From the sequence record NC_061442.1: a DNA stretch of 64,000 bases, one strand, 5' to 3'. Under the pieces are notes generated by a model, which saw nothing but the letters and a program-made list of their open reading frames with translations, did not search any database and had not been told where the DNA came from. Both the position numbers and the translations under genes were made by a program. Positions 46,242 to 55,100 of the stretch are shown here, one piece after another (the stretch's first letter is position 1; every line of letters begins with the position of its first letter).

Positions 46242-47346
46242 TTGTTTCTTCCTGATTAGGAGCCTGTAGATATTGCAACAGGCCGGAGTTCATAATCTCC
46301 TCGTTAACATCAAGACCGCGAAGCGTAGCCAAGTTAGCGAGGTAATTGAGAGCAGGTTCTACCATACCCAGATTGCGACAGCCCCAATAGGCTAAGTCGT
46401 AGCACAGGTCTAAATTAATAGGAGTTTGGTCGAACAGGAAACTTTTTGGATTCTGCTTTGACGCTTCGATACCCTGAATAGCTTGACCAATCGCATTGAT
46501 GTTGTCACCATGACGATAGAAGATATCAGCAAGCATCGCATAGCACTCAATACGGTCTGGACGGAATGCAATAGCACGATAGCAGGCGCACACCGACTCT
46601 TGAGTGAAGCCCTGCTTGAATGTAGCTTTGGCCAGTTCGATGTTAGCCAAAGCTACATAGTCTGGCCATTTAGCTATGCCAGCCAAGCGGTCAACTTCAC
46701 GACGTGCATCTTCCAGCAGGTCTGGGCGCTCATAATAACTGACCGAGTAGCAGAGTTCACGCGCATAATAGAAACTGCAACGATCATCATGTGGATAGTC
46801 ACCAACATCCAGACCAAGCTCCAGCAGATAATTACGTGCCTTGTCGTGGTCTGGATAGTGGTCAGTTGCGAACGGCGCTTCTACTGATTTGAGTCGTTGT
46901 CCTGGCTTGCGCGATGCCAGGACTTCATGCGCACGGTACTTCCAGAAATAAGAGCGACGACGATATGCTTTCATCTGCTGGTAGTGACTGTCGCCGTTAC
47001 GCATCAGAATCCAAACAGCTTCTGCTTTCTTAATGCCTTGCGTATTGCGTAGCGCCTCAACCCAATTAGGGTCATCGAAGCGCTCGTCAATATCAAGCCA
47101 CACTACAAGGTCGTCTTCCGAGAAAGGCGTAGCGGCCATCTCACGACTCGCGCCTAGATTGCGTTCTTCTGATACATCGAACACATGATACAGGTTAGGG
47201 TGCGTGAACGCCGAAATGATGTTCGTGGTTTGGTCTTCGCTACCTGTGTCCACGATACTAATCGCATCGGCACCCGCAACGTGCTTCAACCACTCACCGA
47301 TATTCTTTTCTTCATTACGGCAGATAGCCGCTACACAGATTCTCAT
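46102..47346 (-). CDS. GT2 family glycosyltransferase with C-terminal TPR-like repeats
   Basis: ICRNEEKNI, IVDTGSEDQT, VWLDIDE (DxD), AHEVL; C-terminal helical repeats (FYYARE, ACYRAIAFRPDRIECY). Confidence 0.88.
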   Translation of the reverse strand: MRICVAAICRNEEKNIGEWLKHVAGADAISIVDTGSEDQTTNIISAFTHPNLYHVFDVSEERNLGASREMAATPFSEDDLVVWLDIDERFDDPNWVEALRNTQGIKKAEAVWILMRNGDSHYQQMKAYRRRSYFWKYRAHEVLASRKPGQRLKSVEAPFATDHYPDHDKARNYLLELGLDVGDYPHDDRCSFYYARELCYSVSYYERPDLLEDARREVDRLAGIAKWPDYVALANIELAKATFKQGFTQESVCACYRAIAFRPDRIECYAMLADIFYRHGDNINAIGQAIQGIEASKQNPKSFLFDQTPINLDLCYDLAYWGCRNLGMVEPALNYLANLATLRGLDVNEEIMNSGLLQYLQAPNQEETNDSSSIENDGSSQTEGSTAAESGEQLGADNYQVERVSDTSEQSKPD

Positions 47347-47361
47347 GTTTGCCTCATTGGG

Positions 47362-48279
47362 TTATATCAAAACGTTACCGCTATCCCACCACTGCTTACC
47401 GTAGATATCAGACACACGGTAATCAAGGATGAGAGGCTGGTCCAGGTCGACTTGCAAAATGTATCGGCCTAATGATGGACTCCACACTGTTTTCTCCTCA
47501 GTGTAAAGCCGAATCTCAAGCTCAATGTCGCCTTGTGAGTTCTTTGGTACGAACGGATGTGAATAGTCACCATCGAAACCCGCACCAAGAGAGTCGTCGA
47601 AGTATGTGTATGCTCGAACTTCTTCACCAGTATTGATGATGGTCGGCGCATATACCTGACGGTTGTAGTACGAGGTGTAGTCGGCAACAGTTGTCTGCCA
47701 GACTACACGACGCTTATAGATACGAGTCACGCCTTTGCTGTCTGTCTCTGCACGATACTGGTTGTAGTACCAGCTTATCTGTGCGAATTTTACAGGCTTC
47801 AATGGCGCTTGTCCTGATGCGTATTTCAGGAACGGCTTCGCAGTGAAACGGTGGTATGTCTTCTGCGTGTTCAATCTATACAACAGGACTTGATATGTGT
47901 ACCATTGATAAACATCAAGGGTAATCGTACCTGAGTCTGATTGCTGCGTACCGTTGGTCAAGATGTAAGAGAAACAGTCTGCACCAACGTAACCGCTGCG
48001 TGGGCTATAGAGGAACGCATCGTTGAAATAGTTCAGACGCACCGTACCAACCATAGGGTCATTGACCTTAATAGCAGAAAGGCGCCAACCCCTTTGAGCT
48101 GGCACCTTATCGAGTACACCCTCTGTAGGGCTGTGCAACGTCACTTCATCACGAGCGCCTTGTAAGATCTTTTCGAGTGTTATCTCGGTTTCACCCGAGT
48201 TACGCACTCGCACCGTAAGGTTCGGAGCTAGTGGCTTATAGTTCCGCCAGTAGTCGAACGTACAAGGCAAAGAGAGCAT
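47362..48279 (-). CDS. Virion protein with cadherin/Big-type Ig domain
   Basis: GTVRLNYFNDAFLYSPRSGYVGADCFSYILTNG...SGTITLDV. Confidence 0.7.
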   Translation of the reverse strand: MLSLPCTFDYWRNYKPLAPNLTVRVRNSGETEITLEKILQGARDEVTLHSPTEGVLDKVPAQRGWRLSAIKVNDPMVGTVRLNYFNDAFLYSPRSGYVGADCFSYILTNGTQQSDSGTITLDVYQWYTYQVLLYRLNTQKTYHRFTAKPFLKYASGQAPLKPVKFAQISWYYNQYRAETDSKGVTRIYKRRVVWQTTVADYTSYYNRQVYAPTIINTGEEVRAYTYFDDSLGAGFDGDYSHPFVPKNSQGDIELEIRLYTEEKTVWSPSLGRYILQVDLDQPLILDYRVSDIYGKQWWDSGNVLI

Positions 48280-48281
48280 AG

Positions 48282-50228
48282 TTACTCCAGTTTGTACTTG
48301 CTCTTAAACTCTGCGAGTCCCATAACAGGGATGCCTTTGTCCATCGCTTTCTGGAGTTTCGCAGAACCAGAGCCGGGGTCTTTTGCGATCAGTATCGTCG
48401 TATCGGACTTCATGCTATCAGAAGCAGTTCCGCCGAGTTCAACGATACGCTTCATCAGGTCACGGTCACGAATGCCAGTGAATGCAACGTTCACGCCTTT
48501 AAGTTTAGCGCTAACTACTCTCACCTTCTTCGGGGCAACGAGAGTCACACCCATATTCGCAGCCATGTCGTAGGACTTCACGGCAGCTTCTGCTATAGCG
48601 GGTCCGAGTTTGTCGATGCCGTGCATAGCGCTAATCTTCAACGTCAGGTCAGCGGTATATCCACGCTTGAGATAATATTCAAGGTTAGGAATTGCATCGA
48701 CAACTTTGTCAAACGTAGTGTTAGCACCGCGCATAAAGAATGACGCTGTAGCCTTCAACCACGTATTCATAGGCACGCCAGCTTTCAGCGCCTTCAGGTC
48801 TTTCGCCAACTGACGACCACGAGAGTCACCAACAATCTCACGCAGCGCACCCATCGAGGCATCGAACAACTGCTCAGGTGTTTTAATGCCAGACGCAATC
48901 AGCATCTTGCATGTACCAGGACCCGTGTTAGCAACGTCCAGCCCTTTCAAGAACGAGCCTAGCATACGGGCATCAGCAGCAGACGACTTCGTTTTTACGA
49001 CGAACTCTACACCACTAATCTTGTAAGGCACGTCAGGCAGCTGAGGCTTCTTGGCTGGCTTGAGAATCTCCATGATGTATGGGATTACTTTGCCACTTCG
49101 AATCAATTTAACCTTAGCACCAGGACCAAGAGGCCGTTTAGGACCCATCACTGCACCTTTCTTCTTCGGCTTGAGATAGCCGTGCTCAACGTAGAAACCG
49201 TTGTGCGCAGAAGCACGTTCGACAGTCACGCCGCCGGGCATGATAGTCGGAGGGAAGATAGCGACAGGAGCCATTACCCCATACTTGGACTCTTGGTAGA
49301 TAATCTCTTTGACCGTAACGATGACCGTATCAGACTCAACGTTCATCTTGAACTTGAATGCGTGTCGTGGGTTAGATGCGGTAGCTTTTGGGGTCGCTAC
49401 GTCGCGTGTCATCACGATGCCGTCAAGTTCATACTTCGCTTTAGCGATTCGCTTATCCAACCAAGGAATGAGTTCTTCCTGATTGTCGAAACGCATAGGA
49501 CCAAAGTGACGAACCACTTCGAAGCCCCAACGCTCCAGACGTGCAAACTGTTTAGACTGCCGGTCAGTTGCGCCTTTACCTGCAAGAATACCGAAGCACA
49601 CCATATGGACGTACTTGAACTCTTTGGGAGTTTCAAAGTTACGCACAAGGCCAGACGCAGCATTACGTGCAGCCTTATATTTACCACCAGCAGACTCGTG
49701 CATCTTCGCCATGAAGGTCTTATATGGAATCAGAGCTTCGAAGCGCATGATAACCGTACCCTTCTCAGGAATCTTCTGAGGGATACGCATGGCGGGTATA
49801 TGGTGAGAAACATCTTTACCGTGCGTAGCATCACCGCGAGTGAACGCCTGTACTGGTACGCCTTTCTCATAAACGAGTTCAATGCTCAGACCATCCAATT
49901 TGTCCGTAAGAATCCAGTCAACATCTTCGGCCAGAGCCTTAGACAGTTGCTTACCGCCGAGCGTATACTGATCGAGACTCGCCATAGGAACAGGCAGCTT
50001 AACATCAGAGTCATCACGCGCACCAACCTTACGAGCCAGCTTTGACTTAGGCCAGCGCGTGTCGATGTAGCGACGAATATGGTCATAGACCGCATCTGAT
50101 ATCAAGCCTTCCGAATCAGTGTGGAACGCATCATCAAGATGCGCCACAAGTTTCGTTGTCTGCGTCAGATTGAGCGTGTCCAGAACCTTATCAGGGTTCC
50201 TTTCGAGCCGCTTCAATGAGATTTGCAT
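48282..50228 (-). CDS. ligA: NAD-dependent DNA ligase
   Basis: ISDAVYD (domain Ia), TDKLDGLS (KxDG), FTRGDATHGKDV, YELDGIV, IRSGKVIP, C-terminal BRCT (AFTG...GG...SAKLQKA); start at 50228 behind GGAGA. Confidence 0.95.
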   Translation of the reverse strand: MQISLKRLERNPDKVLDTLNLTQTTKLVAHLDDAFHTDSEGLISDAVYDHIRRYIDTRWPKSKLARKVGARDDSDVKLPVPMASLDQYTLGGKQLSKALAEDVDWILTDKLDGLSIELVYEKGVPVQAFTRGDATHGKDVSHHIPAMRIPQKIPEKGTVIMRFEALIPYKTFMAKMHESAGGKYKAARNAASGLVRNFETPKEFKYVHMVCFGILAGKGATDRQSKQFARLERWGFEVVRHFGPMRFDNQEELIPWLDKRIAKAKYELDGIVMTRDVATPKATASNPRHAFKFKMNVESDTVIVTVKEIIYQESKYGVMAPVAIFPPTIMPGGVTVERASAHNGFYVEHGYLKPKKKGAVMGPKRPLGPGAKVKLIRSGKVIPYIMEILKPAKKPQLPDVPYKISGVEFVVKTKSSAADARMLGSFLKGLDVANTGPGTCKMLIASGIKTPEQLFDASMGALREIVGDSRGRQLAKDLKALKAGVPMNTWLKATASFFMRGANTTFDKVVDAIPNLEYYLKRGYTADLTLKISAMHGIDKLGPAIAEAAVKSYDMAANMGVTLVAPKKVRVVSAKLKGVNVAFTGIRDRDLMKRIVELGGTASDSMKSDTTILIAKDPGSGSAKLQKAMDKGIPVMGLAEFKSKYKLE

Positions 50229-50269
50229 GTTGTTTTCTCCGATCGTCATCAACACTGGTATTTACAGCA

Positions 50270-52132
50270 TTAGCTGGCGATGGGGTCTTTGTTGACAGGG
50301 AAATCTTCCACCATATCGTACACGCGATTGAATAGCTTAGGTGCCATATCTTTCACATGCTCGGCATAGTCAAAGAGGTTCTGTTTACGCGCACGGTTCA
50401 CACGCACCTGACGCACTTCGTCTGGGCTGTTGGTAATATCGTACAGCGTATAGATAACGATGTTGTCGGAGGAGTTATGCGTACTCACACGAACAACCAG
50501 CCAGTCGCGTTTGAGTTTAGCATCTGCCTTGAACTGCAACACATCACCTTCTTCTGCCTCTTCGGCGCGAGCGCTTGGAGTAGATTGGTTGGCTGCTGCA
50601 ATCTTCTTAGCAGTTTCTTTCGCCTCATCTTCGGCGGCCGCAACGTCAGAGTCCTGATCTTCCTCTGCGCCAGCTTCGTCTACCGCGTCCGTAGCATCTG
50701 CGTCTGCGTCATCGTCGGACTGTTCGTCATCTTCACCTTCTGAATCAGCTCCTTCGTCGTCAGCATCGGCATCATCCACGGATTCGTCGTCGCTTCCATC
50801 GGATTCATCAGACCCATCTTCTGAATCATCAGTGTCCGGATCGCTATCGTCAGGATCTTCTTCTGCATCGGGATCTTCCTCGTCATCAGTGTCAGAGGTA
50901 TCTTCTTCCTCTTCCTTAGGCAGAGCTTCGGCAGGCTTCTTGCCTTTGACCTTAGCGCGTACTTTGGACGGCGCTACATCTTCTTCGTCGTCTTCTGGTT
51001 CGTCTATATCGGACAGATCAAGCGCAGGCTCTTCGTGGTCTTGTGAATCATCGCCACCAAACAAGGACCCGATAGAATCTTCGATGTTGAACATGTCACC
51101 TGCGAACGGGCTGCGTGATAGAACGTCTTCGAGTTTCTGCTCGTCGAAGTCCAAATCAACTTCCACTTCCACTTCCTCAATCGCATCATCCAGTTCTTCA
51201 TGCTCGATGATTTTCACACGCTTGCCCCGTTTGTCTATACCATCTTCATAGACAGTACGAACTTCTGCTTTAGGCGCCTCAATCTCACCACTCTTAACCT
51301 TGTTGCGTAGGTCACGCATCTCGGCTGCACGTTCTGCGGCAGTCTTACGCGCTTGTTTCTGGAGTTCTTTGCGCTGCTGTTTCTGCTCCAGAACCTTAGC
51401 GTTGTTGGCGAGGCGTACTGCTTCTTCCTCCTCCAGTTGAGAACGCTTGCGGTGACGACGTACCTGTTTGCGATACGCTTTGACTGTATCAACGTCAATC
51501 TCACCCTTAGGCCAATCATTGAATGGTAGGATGTTCGTGTCGTGTACAATCAGGTCGAACTGACTGTCATCCACTTTGACGTACAGGCCTTCGGTATTGA
51601 TGACTACGCCACCTTTACCTTGACGCAAGAAACGCACACCAATCATGTCGTTCTTGTAGAGCTTGATCATACCCTTACTGGTCTTCACAGGGTATTCCAT
51701 GCTAGGCACCATACGCCACTGGTAGTTATCAAAGTTGATACCATACACAGCCTCAGCCTTCACAGACTTAGGAGCGAAACGTGCGGCATCGAACTGAACA
51801 CGATTGATCTGGCGCTGCATAGTACGAGCACCAGCAGTCTTCGTGCGAGAATCACGCTGGACAACATCAGGCACTTTACGCAGCTTGGTACTACGCTCCA
51901 TAAGGAATAGACCAGTAGTCTTGTCCAGTGGGAAGTCCACATGCGGCATGTCTGCAAAGATAAGAGTGTAGCGTCCGCCATTGCGCAGCGGGAGAATGCC
52001 AAAAGTATCTCCTTCACGAATCATACGCTTATGAGTTCGTTGAGATACTTCCTTTCCGCGTGAACCTTTGTACTTCATCCACGCGTACTTCGTTACTGCA
52101 TCTTCGTGAGATGCGGACACGGAAAGTATCAT
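50270..52132 (-). CDS. Acidic putative head protein with two copies of the shared beta-domain and a C-terminal SH3-like domain
   Basis: Probable start MILSVSAS; charged coiled coil; long D/E tract; GDVLQF...DWLVVRV at the C-terminus. Confidence 0.7.
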   Translation of the reverse strand: MILSVSASHEDAVTKYAWMKYKGSRGKEVSQRTHKRMIREGDTFGILPLRNGGRYTLIFADMPHVDFPLDKTTGLFLMERSTKLRKVPDVVQRDSRTKTAGARTMQRQINRVQFDAARFAPKSVKAEAVYGINFDNYQWRMVPSMEYPVKTSKGMIKLYKNDMIGVRFLRQGKGGVVINTEGLYVKVDDSQFDLIVHDTNILPFNDWPKGEIDVDTVKAYRKQVRRHRKRSQLEEEEAVRLANNAKVLEQKQQRKELQKQARKTAAERAAEMRDLRNKVKSGEIEAPKAEVRTVYEDGIDKRGKRVKIIEHEELDDAIEEVEVEVDLDFDEQKLEDVLSRSPFAGDMFNIEDSIGSLFGGDDSQDHEEPALDLSDIDEPEDDEEDVAPSKVRAKVKGKKPAEALPKEEEEDTSDTDDEEDPDAEEDPDDSDPDTDDSEDGSDESDGSDDESVDDADADDEGADSEGEDDEQSDDDADADATDAVDEAGAEEDQDSDVAAAEDEAKETAKKIAAANQSTPSARAEEAEEGDVLQFKADAKLKRDWLVVRVSTHNSSDNIVIYTLYDITNSPDEVRQVRVNRARKQNLFDYAEHVKDMAPKLFNRVYDMVEDFPVNKDPIAS

Positions 52133-52165
52133 GTTATTGTCTCTATGTTGTACTGTCACTCGTTG

Positions 52166-52173
52166 AAATTAGC
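52166..52173 (-). promoter_or_regulatory. Putative late promoter motif GCTAATTT
   Basis: Exact motif in the gap after the 1380-aa stop. Confidence 0.6.
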
Positions 52174-52194
52174 TTACTCAAGGTAAAGCGGGGA

Positions 52195-55100
52195 TTAACC
52201 CCCGCTTAAATATCCTCTTGCAGCGCACGACATAGAGCCACAAGATTCTTCGCACACGGTGATTTGTGCCCACGTCCAGTAACCGTTAGGCTGCTGGATA
52301 GCGTACACAACAGATGGGTCAAAGCCCCAGACCTGCGTAGCGTTTTGGAGTGCCAGCAGTTCTGTTTCGAAATATCCTTCTTCGAGTGGCTTATCTATCG
52401 AACCGTGATCTGGCTCGACCGACCACATCTCAACTACAGGTGCAACGACAGCGTAAGTCTTATTGCTATCTGCTTTACGCGACTTCCTAATCTCTACTGC
52501 GATAGGTGCGCGTGTAGCTGGAGCCCCTGGAGTACGTGCAACAGGTATGATTCTCGGTGCCTTGATAAGATCAGGCTCAAGAACATCCGTGTTGATCTGA
52601 GGAGCACCTTGAATGAACTTACCCTGAATCAGATGCAGATACACCTCAGGCGTCTTAGCTCCAAGAGGACTATGAGGCACAACAGGTGCAGCAATCAGGC
52701 GCAGTTGTTCGAACTCACCCGGAGCAGGACTCACAGGATATTTAACAAGATGCTCCATACGCATCGGCGTAGATGGTGCACAGTGATAAATCTGCGAAGG
52801 CTGCAACCAACGTGTGAACGGTATCTCAGGCATAAACAGCACAGCAGGGTGGTAGTCAGGATCGACATACTTCGCCACAAGCGGGTCTGCTTTATACGTG
52901 ACACTAACAGGACGCCAGATAGGACGGGCCCAACCTACATGATAGACAGCAGACGGTTCAACATACTTACCGCTTGTCATCTCCTGTGGGTACAGACCGC
53001 TGTCAGTTGCATGACGCGGGTCAGTCATTCCCTGCTGATACAGACCACCAGCATCTACCTTCTTACCTTCAATAGCGTCAGCAGGATAGTTACCTTTAGT
53101 GTCAGCAAACTTAGGCAGTATCTGGTCGGACACCGCTTTTATGGTAGTGCGATATGCAGGGTCTCGAAGATCGAAATACTGAGGCGCATCATCCATGTGC
53201 TCCACAAAGTTGTTGATGAAGGTATCGTTGACCACAGCCACATCAGTGAAGAATGTTGGCCAGAACGAGTCAGAGACAATACTATCACCAGCAACAGCTT
53301 CGAACAACGGGAACTCTGAGGCAGTGTCTACCTGACCCTGAATAAGCTCGAACAGAGGGAACGTATCGGTTGCAGCACCTTCATCCGTACCAATAAATGC
53401 AGGCAGCGACGTAGCAGTGATAACGTCCTTCTGGCCCTCTGTCAATTCAAACAGAGGGAAATCGTCAGATGCTATTTCAGGAGCGTCTGTCAATTCGAAC
53501 AGAGGGAAGCGATCATAGATGATATCTGACTTAGCAATCAGATCAGCCATGTGGAAGTTATCCACAAAGTCTTTATGACCTGTATCGAAGTCATTCCCTT
53601 TTGCCATCTGCATGACGTGCGTGGCAGCGTCTTCAAAGTCAAGCCACTGTAGCTGAACATCTAGCTCAGGGTCATACACAGGAGTGAGCACAACGTTCTG
53701 GTCAGACGCAGCCACATAAGTCTTAGCGTCAAACACAGACACTGCATCTGTAGTAGCATCCAGATAAGACAGGCCGAACAACTGCACAGAGTCAGTGCCG
53801 TACGCGGTATACGTAGGGTCGACCGTCATATCGTACAGCCAGCCTGCTTCCGCATTACCGAACTGCAACGTGTGCGGTTGATTGTGCGAAGGTAGACCGT
53901 AGATCTTGAGCATCGTGTCTGCGCATTCGAACGGACCAACTACAAGGCCCTGCTCTTTGTACACACCACGACTGTCAAGTTCTTGCTCAACACGCACACC
54001 ATCAATGTCCAGCAACATGCCAGCAGGAATCGTGAAGTACGTCCAGAAGTTATCTGGGATGTTGTCGATAAAGAACGTACCGCTATCACCCATGACATAA
54101 CGTTCAGCACGTTTTGTCTGAGGCAATGTTCCCAGCCACTGATTATCTGCCCACACATACCACTCATAGGAATACTGCTCCGAGCGGAACTTAATCGCGT
54201 ACTGCTCGTTCTCTGTAGGAGTGAACTTAATGCTTGTGGTTGCGTCAACTGCAAGTGTGATCGTCTGCGTACCGTTGGAGAATACAGCATCAGTACCAGT
54301 GATAGTCAGCACCAGAGGGATGGTGCCTGTGTTCTTCAACACATCTGACTGCACTTGTTTACCTACAGGCACGTAGGCCCAATGGCGACCAACATCCAAC
54401 TGCGCTTCGACAATAGTAAATAGGCTAAAGTGGGCGGTACCTTGACCTACGTCTACGTCAATACGGGAAGTATCGTTCTCATGCAGAATCTCAAAGCCAA
54501 GTTTCTGATTGTTGCGAATGAGCACAGGCATTGCTGTTTCTACACCATCAACAAAAATCTTCACACGGTCGTAATCTTCTACACCATCCACCAGCACACT
54601 AACAGGTACAGCAACGTTGATGCCACTAATCGTAACGTCTTCGGTACGGTTCCAAGTATCGTTTTCGATACCCAGAATGTTCTGCCACGAAAAGGCGTTT
54701 GGCGTATCGTCTGCTTTCATCTCAAACTGATAGACAGTATGACCGATAGCAACAGGGAACGACGAGCTGGTAATGTACGCATGGCTAAGTGTGATGGTAA
54801 CTTCCTGACCGTCATATACTTTGGTGACGGGCACCTCAGTAACAGTCGTAACCTCTTTGCCGTCTACGATATCGATCGTGGTAACGTCAATCGTCGCAGA
54901 CACAGTAACACCCGCAGGTGCAGTGATAGGCAGAGGGATATCTGGGTCACCAGCATCGACAAGCACTTTGAACTTAACACTTGGGCCTAGTTCGATATTC
55001 GTCAAATCAGGCCACACGATATCGTAGTTACGAATCGCCAAATGCTTCAAGCCTGTAGTAGGTCGAGCTGCATAGTAGAACAGTCGATCATACGTATCGG

